From the NCBI GenBank assembly GCA_902795355.1, contig CADBKZ010000006.1, forward strand, positions 22,496-86,495: a DNA stretch of 64,000 nt. Reading direction: 5' to 3'. Each line of letters starts with the position of its first letter. Within the stretch, counting starts at the first letter, position 1. The notes beneath the pieces are model-generated. The model saw only the letters and a program-made list of their open reading frames with translations, was not told the origin of the DNA and did no database searches. This stretch comes from an uncultured Ruminococcus sp. (lineage in GTDB: Bacteria > Bacillota > Clostridia > Oscillospirales > CAG-272). Positions 34,798 to 43,985 of the stretch are shown piece by piece. A program made the translations under genes and the position numbers.

Positions 34798-36540
34798 TTA
34801 TTGAATAACGCCCGCATTCACGGTGAAAACGGCGGGACTTCCCTCAACGGCATGCCCTTCCAAATCGCGGAGATACGGCGTTACCGTAAAGGTGATCGTT
34901 CCGGCGTCAACCGGAATATCGGTAATGGTGACGCAGAAGAGATACGCGGCTCCGTAATCGGTTGCCCGATAGGTTTTTGCAACGCCGGCCTCATTACCGA
35001 GAATGGAGCGGTAAACCGTTTGCCCCTCGCCCTCGGTAAAGGTTTTGGTTTGCCCGTCGCCGTATTCGGCAACCACGCGAATGCCAGCCGCTCCGTAGCC
35101 GCCGAGGCTATCGGTGCGGATGCGGGACGAAAAGCGGATCCCGTAAGTATCCGTAACCGCGGTTGTTACCTGCGCGCCGAGCAGATCGACATCGGCTCCG
35201 TAGGTTGCGGTCAGTTTGATGTTATGCAAAACGGCGGCTTGATTCTGGAATACCATGGCAAGGTTGGAATCGTTGGTATAGATATGCTCAAAGGTTTGTT
35301 CCACGCTCGCGGTTCCGTTGGAGATTACGAGCCTGCAAGTCGCGTTCGCGTTGTCAACGGTCATCGTCAGGTCGAACGCTTTGCTTGTTTGCACCGAGTT
35401 GTTGGAAGAAACGGAAGTCTGCGCGCCGTCGCCCGACTTAACCCACCCGCTGCTATTGCGGTTGCCGCCGATGATCTGGAACGAGGTCCCGTAAATTTGC
35501 ACGTTGGTTGCCCGATTGATTCCGTTGGTTGCCGCGCCGGACTCCAACCCGAATCGGAAAGACAGCTGGGAATCGGCCGATGTAAAGGCTTCCACACGGA
35601 TTTTTGCGGAAAGCGTATAGGACGTTGCGCCGGCGAGCTGGGCTTTGGAAGCAAGCTGATAAATACACCAGCCGCTATCCGACAGTCTCAACCCCTCAAC
35701 GGTTGCGGTTTGGGTCAACCGCGAAGTTCCGGTTTCATCGGTCAGGTTCAGGCTGTTCGCGGCCGGCGCGCTGAAATCCGCCGAGTAAAGCGACTTGCCC
35801 GAGCCGTCGGTTACAGAAAGATCGTCCACTGCGGTTCTCGAGTTCTGTTGCAGGAGCAGCTGAATGCCGCTCTCGTAGGCGGGAAGATTTGAATAGGTGT
35901 TGACCTCGGTTCCGTTGATGGAGAGAACGGCGGTTTTCGCGTTTCTGTTGACCGCGACGGAAACCGTGACCCAATTCCCAACGTCCGCCGCGCCGTCGGT
36001 ATACGCGCTCAATTGCGGGAAATAGGACGCGTTATTATGCGCCGAAGTACGGAGCGTGGAACCGTCCGTTTCCAAAGCGTTCAGCGTCTGGTTCACATAG
36101 CCGCCGTTGAGCAGATATACCGCTCCGCCGCTGTTGGAACGAAAGATAACCGCTCCGCTGTTTTTATTGAACGTGCCGGTGGTATCGTCGTTGCAATAAA
36201 CCAGCCCGAACAAAGTGGTTTGACTGCCGTTCAATGTGGTAAATTTCACTTTCATGGAAACCGTGAACTCCGAAACGCCTTGCAGCTTTGCGGCGGGAAC
36301 GATATAGAGGGAACTCCACCCGCTATCGGTGATCCATGCCGCGCCGTCCGCAAACCCATAAGAGATTCTCGAGGGGTTCAGGAAGCCTTCCCATTCGGGA
36401 TTGTTTTGGTCAAAGGTTTCGTTAATTAAGGTAACTTGCTTGGGATTTGCGGGGGTATCCGCCGCCGCGGGAACGGCAAGCGGGAGCAGGCCCAGCATCA
36501 ATGCCAGACTGCAACAAAGAATACGCTTGAAAAGTTTCAT
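34798..36540 (-). CDS. large secreted protein of unknown function, 580 aa (beta-sandwich-like repeats; C-terminal domain shared with 24748..25854)
   Basis: Signal peptide MKLFKRILCCSLALMLGLLPLAVPAAA. C-terminus ...YGIRFSSRI...VVAEYGDG...TVYRSIL...TITDIPVDAGTITFTVTPYLRDLEG. Confidence 0.7.
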   Translation of the reverse strand: MKLFKRILCCSLALMLGLLPLAVPAAADTPANPKQVTLINETFDQNNPEWEGFLNPSRISYGFADGAAWITDSGWSSLYIVPAAKLQGVSEFTVSMKVKFTTLNGSQTTLFGLVYCNDDTTGTFNKNSGAVIFRSNSGGAVYLLNGGYVNQTLNALETDGSTLRTSAHNNASYFPQLSAYTDGAADVGNWVTVSVAVNRNAKTAVLSINGTEVNTYSNLPAYESGIQLLLQQNSRTAVDDLSVTDGSGKSLYSADFSAPAANSLNLTDETGTSRLTQTATVEGLRLSDSGWCIYQLASKAQLAGATSYTLSAKIRVEAFTSADSQLSFRFGLESGAATNGINRATNVQIYGTSFQIIGGNRNSSGWVKSGDGAQTSVSSNNSVQTSKAFDLTMTVDNANATCRLVISNGTASVEQTFEHIYTNDSNLAMVFQNQAAVLHNIKLTATYGADVDLLGAQVTTAVTDTYGIRFSSRIRTDSLGGYGAAGIRVVAEYGDGQTKTFTEGEGQTVYRSILGNEAGVAKTYRATDYGAAYLFCVTITDIPVDAGTITFTVTPYLRDLEGHAVEGSPAVFTVNAGVIQ

Positions 36541-36671
36541 TGTTTTTTTCCTCCATTTTATTTGTGAATTGGGAACAGGCGTTTCCCATCGCCTTGTTCA
36601 AATTCATTATAGCACGAATCCGGCTCCGATTCAATATCTCAAATTATCCAGAAATGACACTATTTTAACCT

Positions 36672-36701
36672 GAAAACAAAAGAGCCGATTCCAATCGGCT
36701 C
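36672..36701 (-). terminator. rho-independent terminator of the AraC gene 36724..37620
   Basis: GAGCCGAT TGGA ATCGGCTC on the minus strand, followed by TTTTGTTTTC. Confidence 0.7.
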
Positions 36702-36723
36702 CTTGGTTGATTTCGGTTTTGGT

Positions 36724-37620
36724 TCAACGGTTTTTTTTCTGCCGGCATTTCATGGGGGAAACGCCGTAGAACTTCCGGAAAGACCGGTAAAAATAGGAAT
36801 AATTGTTCATGCCCACCTCGTTCATAACTTCCCATGGGCTCTTCCCGCTTTCAAACAGTTCCTTGGCCTTGTGCATTTTCCATTTGAGGAGATAACGGCT
36901 GAACGGCTCCCCCATGTTCTCCTTGAAAACCTTGCAAAAATATTCCTGCGAATAGGAAAAAGCCTTGGCGGCATGGCGCGATGTGATCGGTCGGTTCCAA
37001 TTCTGTTCCAAATAGGAAAGGAGTCGGCGTTCAAATTCGCGGCCTTTCTGATCGGTAGAGAGAAGGACGGGCGTTTGCTGCAGGAGCGGGCGGGAAAGAA
37101 GCACGGAAAGCAAAAGGCAAACGTTTCCCAAAGTTGCCACCGAGGAAAGGTCGTCGCGCCTCGCGCCGCATTGGATCAGATCGGGAAGGATCGCGCCGAT
37201 TCCGGTTTCCGCAACCGTTTGCGCGGGAATCAGATTGCGGATTTTCAGCTCTTCCCCGGAAAGGAAGGCCGCATACTGCCGCAAGACCTCGTTCGGGCAG
37301 GAAGCGAGCGTTTCAATCCCGATTTTGATACAATGGTATGCGGCGCGGCTTTGCGAAAGCGGAACGGTTCCGGAATGAGCGTCCTCTGGGTTGATTACCA
37401 GCAGGTCTCCCGCTTCCGCCGTGATCCTGCGGGAATTGACTTCCATATAGAAAGTACCCGACTCGATCCACAGCAGTTCCATATCGGGTTGGGTGTGGGG
37501 TTTGATGCAAACGGACGGGTCCTCGCCGATATGGAAGAACCCCGGGTAACGTTGGTTTTCAAAATCAAAGCAGAAAAAGCGGTAGAAAAACAATCCGGTA
37601 ATGGGATGTTCGGCAAACAC
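36724..37620 (-). CDS. AraC/XylS-family transcriptional regulator
   Basis: GTG start 37620 with SD AAGGAGA. Cupin-like N-terminus and C-terminal ...SRHAAKAFSYSQEYFCKVFKENMGEPFSRYLLKWKMHKAKELF...EVGMNNYSYFYRSFRKFYGVSP. Confidence 0.85.
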   Translation of the reverse strand: MFAEHPITGLFFYRFFCFDFENQRYPGFFHIGEDPSVCIKPHTQPDMELLWIESGTFYMEVNSRRITAEAGDLLVINPEDAHSGTVPLSQSRAAYHCIKIGIETLASCPNEVLRQYAAFLSGEELKIRNLIPAQTVAETGIGAILPDLIQCGARRDDLSSVATLGNVCLLLSVLLSRPLLQQTPVLLSTDQKGREFERRLLSYLEQNWNRPITSRHAAKAFSYSQEYFCKVFKENMGEPFSRYLLKWKMHKAKELFESGKSPWEVMNEVGMNNYSYFYRSFRKFYGVSPMKCRQKKNR

Positions 37621-37679
37621 GGCAGATTCTCCTTTCGAGGGATCGGCGGCAGCGATTTTTTCGGTCCGGCTTATTTTTT

Positions 37680-37707
37680 ATTATATCAGTTTTTTGTAAA
37701 ATGTCAA
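37680..37707 (-). promoter_or_regulatory. sigma-A type promoter of the AraC gene
   Basis: Minus strand TTGACA (37707-37702), 16 nt, TATAAT (37685-37680). A T5-GCGG-A5 tract lies 5 nt upstream (37726-37713). Confidence 0.55.
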
Positions 37708-37808
37708 CCATCTTTTTCCGCAAAAAGGCGAAATCATCCCAAATTCCGCCCAAGATTGCCGCACGGCGGCGCGCTCCGCGCTTTCCGAAAGCGACCGGAA
37801 GGCGCCGG

Positions 37809-38306
37809 TCAGCCCCGCAACGCCGCGCGCCACGCCGCCGTTAACCGCTCCAAGCCCCACGCCGCGTTTGCAGGGCTGGTGGACGGCAGAACGGTTGGCA
37901 GGATTCCGGTTTTCGGATATTGGAATTTCATGTAGTATTTCTCCGCCGTTCTGCCGTTGACGAGGATCCGCCCGATCGGCGCGGCCGAGAGAATTTGGGA
38001 AAGGTCGTTCGGGGTCGCCTCGGCAATGGCGTTATCCGCCGAGCCGCGAACGCGGCAGGAAGCGATTACATCCCACAACGCCAAGCGATTGGAAAGAATC
38101 AGCTCCCGCCTCTCCCCGTTATCGGCAGGCAGGGGGCATTGGAAGATTTCGGCGAGGACGCGCCAGAAGCGGTTTTGCAGATGCCCGTAGTAAAAGGCCG
38201 CTTCCCGCGACTTTACCGAGGGAAAACTGCCGAGAATCAGGATCTCGGATCTTTCATTATAAATCGGTTTCAATGGGTGGACCACCCGCTCGGCTTTCGG
38301 TTCCAT
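37809..38306 (-). CDS. DNA-deoxyinosine (hypoxanthine) glycosylase, UDG superfamily
   Basis: ILILGSFPSVKSREAAFYYGHLQNRFWRVL ... LPSTSPANA, typical of the family-6-like UDG fold. Confidence 0.7.
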   Translation of the reverse strand: MEPKAERVVHPLKPIYNERSEILILGSFPSVKSREAAFYYGHLQNRFWRVLAEIFQCPLPADNGERRELILSNRLALWDVIASCRVRGSADNAIAEATPNDLSQILSAAPIGRILVNGRTAEKYYMKFQYPKTGILPTVLPSTSPANAAWGLERLTAAWRAALRG

Positions 38307-38382
38307 GGCGTTCTCTCCTTTCGTTTCTCCCGTTTATTGTAACAGAAAAAAGGCTTTTTTTCAAGCAGGTATCGAAAAAAGG

Positions 38383-38411
38383 TTGACATTTTCGCGAAAA
38401 AGGACTATAAT
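38383..38411 (+). promoter_or_regulatory. sigma-A type promoter of the SGNH hydrolase gene
   Basis: TTGACA 38383-38388, 17 nt, TATAAT 38406-38411. Confidence 0.65.
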
Positions 38412-38445
38412 AAACATACATTTTTCTTTTTGGGGGAAATCTTTC

Positions 38446-39081
38446 ATGAAACTCGAAGGCATAAAAGCCAATTTTCTCGGCGACAGCATTACCGCGGGGG
38501 TTGGCGTTCCGGACGTAAAATACGCTTATCTGAACGTTCTCAAAGACCGCTACGGCCTTGCGGTCGCGCGCAACTACGGCATCAGCGGCACCCGCATTGC
38601 CCGCCAGCAAACGCCCTACTCCAACCCGTCTTTTGATCGGGATTTCTGCTCCCGTGTTGACGAAATGGATCCCGACGCCGATCTGGTGGTGGTGTTTGGC
38701 GGGACGAACGATTTCGGCCACGGCGACGCCCCGTTCGGAACGCCCGACGACCGCACCGTTGACACGTTCTGCGGCGCATGCCATGTTCTGATGCGCTCGC
38801 TGGTTGAGAAATTCCCCGCCGCAACCGTTGTGTTTATGACGCCCCTGCACCGCGCCGTGGAGCAGAACCCCGCCAAGCCCTGCCTTGCCGCCTACGTGCA
38901 CGCGATAAAAGAGACGGCCGAGGTTTACGGCATTCCCGTTTTCGATCTTTATGCCAACGCGGGGATCAACCCGCAAATTCCCGCCCAAAGGGAGCTGTAC
39001 GCCGCGGACGGGCTTCACCCGACCGTTGCGGGAGCCGCCCGCATTGCCGAACGCCTCGGCAATTTCCTGCTCTCGCTCTGA
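38446..39081 (+). CDS. SGNH/GDSL hydrolase
   Basis: MKLEGIKANFLGDSITAGVG (block I), VVVFGGTNDF (block III), DGLHP (block V). ATG 38446. Confidence 0.8.
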   Translation: MKLEGIKANFLGDSITAGVGVPDVKYAYLNVLKDRYGLAVARNYGISGTRIARQQTPYSNPSFDRDFCSRVDEMDPDADLVVVFGGTNDFGHGDAPFGTPDDRTVDTFCGACHVLMRSLVEKFPAATVVFMTPLHRAVEQNPAKPCLAAYVHAIKETAEVYGIPVFDLYANAGINPQIPAQRELYAADGLHPTVAGAARIAERLGNFLLSL

Positions 39082-39115
39082 TTCGGAAAAAAATGTCGTT
39101 TTTTTGCGAAACCGC

Positions 39116-39144
39116 TTGACAAAAGCGGAAAAGACCTTTATAAT
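39116..39144 (+). promoter_or_regulatory. sigma-A type promoter of mscL
   Basis: TTGACA 39116-39121, 17 nt, TATAAT 39139-39144. A T7-GCG-A3 tract lies 4 nt upstream (39099-39111). Confidence 0.7.
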
Positions 39145-39189
39145 ATTAGTTAGACCGAAAGGCCAATAATTTTGGAAAGGAAAACGACC

Positions 39190-39759
39190 ATGGCAAAGAA
39201 AAAGAGTACATTTTGGAGCGACTTTAAGGCATTTCTCTCCCGCGGAAACATCCTCGACATGGCTGTTGGTGTTATCATCGGCGGCGCGTTCGGAAAAATC
39301 GTTACCGGTCTTGTCAACTTCATTCTCAACCCGATTATCGGCTATTGGGTGAAAACCGGCGACCTTGACGGTTGGATGACGGTTTTGAAATACAAAACCG
39401 ACGCGGCCGGCGAGTTCGTTCTGGACGCGGAAACCGGAGAGAAGGTTGTGGAATCCGCCATTATGTGGGGTTCTTGGGTCCAGACGATCATCGACTTTAT
39501 CATTACGGCGTTCTGCATCTTCCTGATCATCCGCGCGATCGCGAAAGCGAAAGCCGTTGCGGAGCGTGAAAAGATTGCCGCCGCCGAGGCGAAAGCCGCC
39601 GAAGAAAAAGCCGCGGCAGACGCGAAAGCTGCCGAGGAAAAAGCCGCTGCCGAAGCGAAAGCCGCTGCCGAAGCCGAAAAGCAGGCCGCTCTTGAAGCTT
39701 CCATTAAGCAGCAGGAAGTTCTTTTGGGCGAGATCCGCGATATTCTCGCAAAGAAGTAA
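39190..39759 (+). CDS. mscL: large-conductance mechanosensitive channel MscL with extended loop and Ala/Glu/Lys-repeat C-terminal tail
   Basis: FLSRGNILDMAVGVIIGGAFGKIVTGLVNFILNPII. ATG 39190. C-terminal AEAKAAEEKAAADAKAAEEKAAAEAKAAAEAEK. Confidence 0.9.
   Translation: MAKKKSTFWSDFKAFLSRGNILDMAVGVIIGGAFGKIVTGLVNFILNPIIGYWVKTGDLDGWMTVLKYKTDAAGEFVLDAETGEKVVESAIMWGSWVQTIIDFIITAFCIFLIIRAIAKAKAVAEREKIAAAEAKAAEEKAAADAKAAEEKAAAEAKAAAEAEKQAALEASIKQQEVLLGEIRDILAKK
39595..39660 (+). repeat. two tandem 33-nt units inside mscL (encode AAEEKAAADAK / AAEEKAAAEAK)
   Basis: GCCGCCGAAGAAAAAGCCGCGGCAGACGCGAAA versus GCTGCCGAGGAAAAAGCCGCTGCCGAAGCGAAA. Confidence 0.7.
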
Positions 39760-39776
39760 TCTTCCCGCTTTTCAAA

Positions 39777-39810
39777 CAAAAACCGCCGCATCCGCGGCGG
39801 TTTTTGTTTT
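39777..39810. terminator. bidirectional rho-independent terminator (mscL / lipase-like gene)
   Basis: AACCGCCGC ATCC GCGGCGGTT stem flanked by an A-run and TTTTTGTTTT. Confidence 0.85.
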
Positions 39811-39829
39811 CGGGGCGCGATTCATCCGG

Positions 39830-41263
39830 TCAATCCGGCGAAAAATTGTATTTCAACAGCAAGGAATAAACGGTTTCCGGCGCGTGCATCGCTCCGATAT
39901 ACGCAAGGTTGGAAGTCAGTCCCGTCAGGTTTTGCGTTGCGTCGGGGTCGTTTTTCATGGCCGTGGAAAGAACGCCCTGCAACTTTGCGCAAGAGGTTTT
40001 GAGGGAAGCGTCGTCAAACGCGACATCTGCCTTTTCGAGCGACGCTTTCATCAGGTTGTACAGCCCGTTCTCCGTGTTGTTTCCGAGAACATAGAGCAGC
40101 GAAAACCGGTTCATATCGCTGTTCAGATCGTTGATCACCGCGTCTCTCCGGCTGCCGCTCATGGATTCCAGCAGCCAAATGGCGCGCCCCAACGGCGTTT
40201 GCAGGTTTTCCACGTATTCGGCGCGGGTATGAACCGAAAGGGACGATTCGTCCGCCGGCTCGGTCATCAGGCCGTTCAGCATCGCTTGGTAAAGCGTTTT
40301 TCCGTTTTTTGCGGAGTCGGTTGCGGAAAACTCGGGCAGTTCCAGCGCGGCGTCGTAGGCCTTTGCGTCCGAACGGTAGGTCGTTCGGAAAATATCATAA
40401 TCGGTTCCCGCGCGGCGGAAGCCGTACCCTTCCGGCGCGACGTAAACAACCAGATCCTCGTGCGAAACGATGTTATGAATGTTTCCGGCCGCCGCGTACT
40501 CCGCCGGAACGCCGGCAGGCGCCTCGAACGTGTAAACATACAGATTGCTTTCGGAGAAGCGGACGGCGTTTTCCGAACCGTTCCGAAGGTTCAGAAGGCT
40601 CCCCAGCACATTGGCAACCCCGCCCCCGCGGGAATACCCCGTAATCCAGAGTCCCACATTCTGATACGCGGATTCGGCGATATACGACCGCAACGAATCG
40701 TAAATCGCGTTCGCGGCGCGGCTAAACCCTTCGTGGTAGCCGTTCTCACCCACCCGAAAATTATCGATCCATTCCGCGCCGTAATGGAAACCGCGCACCG
40801 AAACGGCAACCAGATCCCGCTCCCCGATTTTTCGGTGGGCGAACGCATAGGCAACGGTATCCTCGGTGGGCGTTACGTCGTAACCCGAAAAGCGCGCGTT
40901 ATCGAACCGCGCGCCCCCGAAAAACGCGCCCATGATCTCCTCGTTCCGGTTGGCAACCGCCATGGCAAAGGAAAGCAGGGCCAAATTGCGGGAAAACCGC
41001 TTGGAATCCGAAAAATCCGATTCTCGGAACGCGTTGGTCAACACATAGTCCCCTTCCCGCTCCGCCGCGCTCGCGGGCATGGGGGATTGAAACACCAGAA
41101 CCGTTTCTTCCGGCTCCCCGGCGGTTACAGGCTCGGCTGACGTTTCCCCCGAGGCCGCTCCGGCGCCGGACGTTGATTCTCTTTCATCGGGTTTGGCAAC
41201 GCAAGCCATAAGACCTCCCGCCAGCGCCATGGCAAGCATGGCCGCAAATATTTTTTTCCACAT
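39830..41263 (-). CDS. lipase (class 3)-like alpha/beta-hydrolase lipoprotein
   Basis: MWKKIFAAMLAMALAGGLMAC lipobox (ATG 41263, SD GGGAGG). GYSRGGGVANVLG fits the GxSxG elbow, in a lipase_3-like context (VSVRGF...). Confidence 0.5.
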   Translation of the reverse strand: MWKKIFAAMLAMALAGGLMACVAKPDERESTSGAGAASGETSAEPVTAGEPEETVLVFQSPMPASAAEREGDYVLTNAFRESDFSDSKRFSRNLALLSFAMAVANRNEEIMGAFFGGARFDNARFSGYDVTPTEDTVAYAFAHRKIGERDLVAVSVRGFHYGAEWIDNFRVGENGYHEGFSRAANAIYDSLRSYIAESAYQNVGLWITGYSRGGGVANVLGSLLNLRNGSENAVRFSESNLYVYTFEAPAGVPAEYAAAGNIHNIVSHEDLVVYVAPEGYGFRRAGTDYDIFRTTYRSDAKAYDAALELPEFSATDSAKNGKTLYQAMLNGLMTEPADESSLSVHTRAEYVENLQTPLGRAIWLLESMSGSRRDAVINDLNSDMNRFSLLYVLGNNTENGLYNLMKASLEKADVAFDDASLKTSCAKLQGVLSTAMKNDPDATQNLTGLTSNLAYIGAMHAPETVYSLLLKYNFSPD

Positions 41264-41342
41264 ATCAAACCTCCCGAAAACGCATTTTTGCATCTACATT
41301 ATAGCATTTTCGGGAGACTTTTTTTCGTTATTAACAGTTATT

Positions 41343-43334
41343 TTACATTTTTATGTTTTGGGCGATCCCGCGCGGTGTTTCCTGAAATTTGCCCGCCAAC
41401 AGGTTGATATAGAACCCGCCGAGCACCGAGCGCGCCTGAAACCCGACCTTGCGGGCGTCCGCCGTATCGTACCAATCGGTCAGCGGAACGCGGTCGGCCG
41501 AATCGCGCATCATGCGCAGGATGGAATCGAATACCTCGTTTGTGTATTCGGGATCGTCGGCCATCATGGTCGTCCATACCATCCAATCGAGCTTGGTGTA
41601 ATCGGCTCGGCTGTCAAGCGGCAGGCCGTACCGATTCATCTTTTGCCGGTAGAGGGCGATCTCCTCGCGGGCAACGCTTTCCCCGAACAGCCCGAGGCGA
41701 AGCAGGCGATCCCAAACCATGTTGTATTTCATGCTCCATGTGTCGTCTTGGTCAAAGGTCAGGCGGTAGCCGCCCCCGCTCCGTTTCGCTTCCTTGACCC
41801 ACCTTGCGGCCATGCGTTTGGCGGCTTCCATGTAGGCCGGTTTGCCGAACAGGCGGGAATACGCGCCGAGCGCAACGATCGCTTTTACGCTCAAATTGCA
41901 GTTATGCGCAAGGTGGCCCGCAAAATCGTCGGTGCAGAGCTGGTTGGTGGGGTCGTACCCGTATTCCACAAGATAATCGGCCCATTGCTCCAACAGGTCG
42001 GCGTTCTCCTCGGCCATGGCGCGATTCCCGTCCGCCGCGGTTGCGGCCGCAACCGCCAGAATGGCGTTTCCGCATTCTTCCACCGGCATCTGATGCTCTT
42101 CGTAGGGAATATAGTCGCCGTTTTCGTCCTTTTTGCAGGAATAGACCTGCCCGTTGCAAAGCGGGTATCTGCCGCAATCGTGCGGCGCGAAGGGATACGG
42201 CCAGACGGGACGGCGCGCGTAATCGAAAATGGGGCGCATCATGCCGCGAACCAACTCGGGGTTGAGCAGGAGAAACAGCGGGATGGACGGATAGGTAACG
42301 TCCAGCGTTGCCATGCACCCGTTGCTGAAATTCTCCTTGGAGAGGAACAGGAGTTTTCCGTTGACCGAAACGAGCTTATGCGCGGCGATTACTTGGCGGT
42401 ACGCCAGCGCGCCCACGGCCGCATACGCGGGGGAAACCCGCTTCATCATGCCCGTAAGTTTGCGGTCAAAGGCGGCGGCAAGTTTGCGGACTTCCGCCTC
42501 TTCGCGAACGGCGGCGGCCAGCATGGCCCCGAAATCGCCGTACACGGTTTTGTAGTACGCGTCGATCGGTTCTTTGAAGTACTCCACGGCTTTTCCATCA
42601 TCATAAGCGATCACAAACGTATCCGCGAGTTTTTCCGAACGGGCATAGAGAATCGGATAATCGGTATACGCAACCGGCTCCGCCGTCAGGTCGCGCGCGA
42701 GGAGACGCTCGCTGACCCGTTTTTGGAACAGCCGATAACGGTGGGGCGCGACGCCGACCTTTGCGTTTTCATGAACCAGATGGAGATAGCCCCAATCGAT
42801 GCGGACGTCGTCGCCCGACGCATGGAGCGGACGCTGTTCGGCGTTGCCCATCCAAGCATGTCCCGCGGCTTGGTTCATTTGCACCGTTTGCCCATGCCCG
42901 TCGCCGATCAGGTGAACGCTCGCGTCGAAATAGACCTCGAACGCGTGGCCGCTCTCCTTCGGCCTGATCTCGTAGGAAATGTAGGTCACGGGGCGGGAGA
43001 GAATCTCGGGCCGGTCGCAAAGGAGCGGAGAAAGGAACGTAACTTTCAGCGTTGCGGCGGGATGCGAAAAGGTATAAACCGTGGAAGTTGGGGTAATGGT
43101 AACGTTGGTTTGGCGGAGCGCGTTCCCCGCGGGAACATAGGCCTCGGATAACGAGGGCAACCCCATGAAACGGTACGGTTTCCCGTCAACCGTCAGAACG
43201 CCGACCATGGATTGGCTCCTGCCCGTCCAATGGCGGGGGGTGTCGTCGGTCAGTCGGTCGGCAAAGCTCCAGACGCTGAAAAACGGGTCGGCGGCGATCA
43301 ACGGGATTGCGGTCGGTCGAAACGATTTTATCAT
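41343..43334 (-). CDS. glutaminase-A-like (DUF4965/DUF1793) protein, putative glycoside hydrolase
   Basis: MIKSFRPTAIPLIAADPFFSVWSFADRLTDDTPRHWTG...VDGKPYRFMG, the characteristic N-terminus of this family. ATG 43334. Confidence 0.6.
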   Translation of the reverse strand: MIKSFRPTAIPLIAADPFFSVWSFADRLTDDTPRHWTGRSQSMVGVLTVDGKPYRFMGLPSLSEAYVPAGNALRQTNVTITPTSTVYTFSHPAATLKVTFLSPLLCDRPEILSRPVTYISYEIRPKESGHAFEVYFDASVHLIGDGHGQTVQMNQAAGHAWMGNAEQRPLHASGDDVRIDWGYLHLVHENAKVGVAPHRYRLFQKRVSERLLARDLTAEPVAYTDYPILYARSEKLADTFVIAYDDGKAVEYFKEPIDAYYKTVYGDFGAMLAAAVREEAEVRKLAAAFDRKLTGMMKRVSPAYAAVGALAYRQVIAAHKLVSVNGKLLFLSKENFSNGCMATLDVTYPSIPLFLLLNPELVRGMMRPIFDYARRPVWPYPFAPHDCGRYPLCNGQVYSCKKDENGDYIPYEEHQMPVEECGNAILAVAAATAADGNRAMAEENADLLEQWADYLVEYGYDPTNQLCTDDFAGHLAHNCNLSVKAIVALGAYSRLFGKPAYMEAAKRMAARWVKEAKRSGGGYRLTFDQDDTWSMKYNMVWDRLLRLGLFGESVAREEIALYRQKMNRYGLPLDSRADYTKLDWMVWTTMMADDPEYTNEVFDSILRMMRDSADRVPLTDWYDTADARKVGFQARSVLGGFYINLLAGKFQETPRGIAQNIKM

Positions 43335-43454
43335 GTGCGTAAACCTTTCTCGGCAGGCATTTTTTCGGGATGGACCCGACAGTTTATATGATACCATATT
43401 TTGCCCCGAAAAGCAAGTGTTTTTTGATACTTTCCGCGGCGATTTCCGGACGGA

Positions 43455-43985
43455 TCAGACTTTCCAGAACGACATCCACTCCTCGCGGCCGTGCGCCTTG
43501 GCATACCGACGGATATACTTGCGCTCGAGGAGCCGTTTGAAGCGGAAGAAAGCGTTGGTCTTATCCCGAATGGGCGGAACGATCAGGGATGGAAGGCCCA
43601 GCCTCTTTCCCGCGAAAGAGTCGGTCAGGAGCTGATCGCCCATCACCGCCGTTTCTTCCCGCGCGGCCCCGAGCCGCTCCATGGCGAGAAGCAGGGTTTT
43701 CTTTTTCGGCTTTCCGCTATCGGCGAACGCGGGCAGCCCCAGCGCGCGGTTGAACCGCTCCACGCGCGGCGCGTGGTTGTTGGAAACGAGCGCGGCCTTA
43801 ACGCCGCCGGCTTCCAGCCCGCGGAACCATTCGACAATCCGCTCGTCGGGGTCCGGCATTTCATACGGCGCAAGCGTGTTGTCAATGTCGATCAGGAGCG
43901 CGCGGATGCCGTGCGCTTTGAGAAATTCGGGCGTGATCTCCCAATAATGGCCGAACATATAGTCGGGGGTGAACAGGTCTTTCAT
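43455..43985 (-). CDS. yqeG: YqeG-family HAD-IIIA phosphatase
   Basis: LLIDIDNTLAPY (DxDxT), LVSNN, and GKPKKK ... MGDQLLTD motifs. Confidence 0.8.
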   Translation of the reverse strand: MKDLFTPDYMFGHYWEITPEFLKAHGIRALLIDIDNTLAPYEMPDPDERIVEWFRGLEAGGVKAALVSNNHAPRVERFNRALGLPAFADSGKPKKKTLLLAMERLGAAREETAVMGDQLLTDSFAGKRLGLPSLIVPPIRDKTNAFFRFKRLLERKYIRRYAKAHGREEWMSFWKV

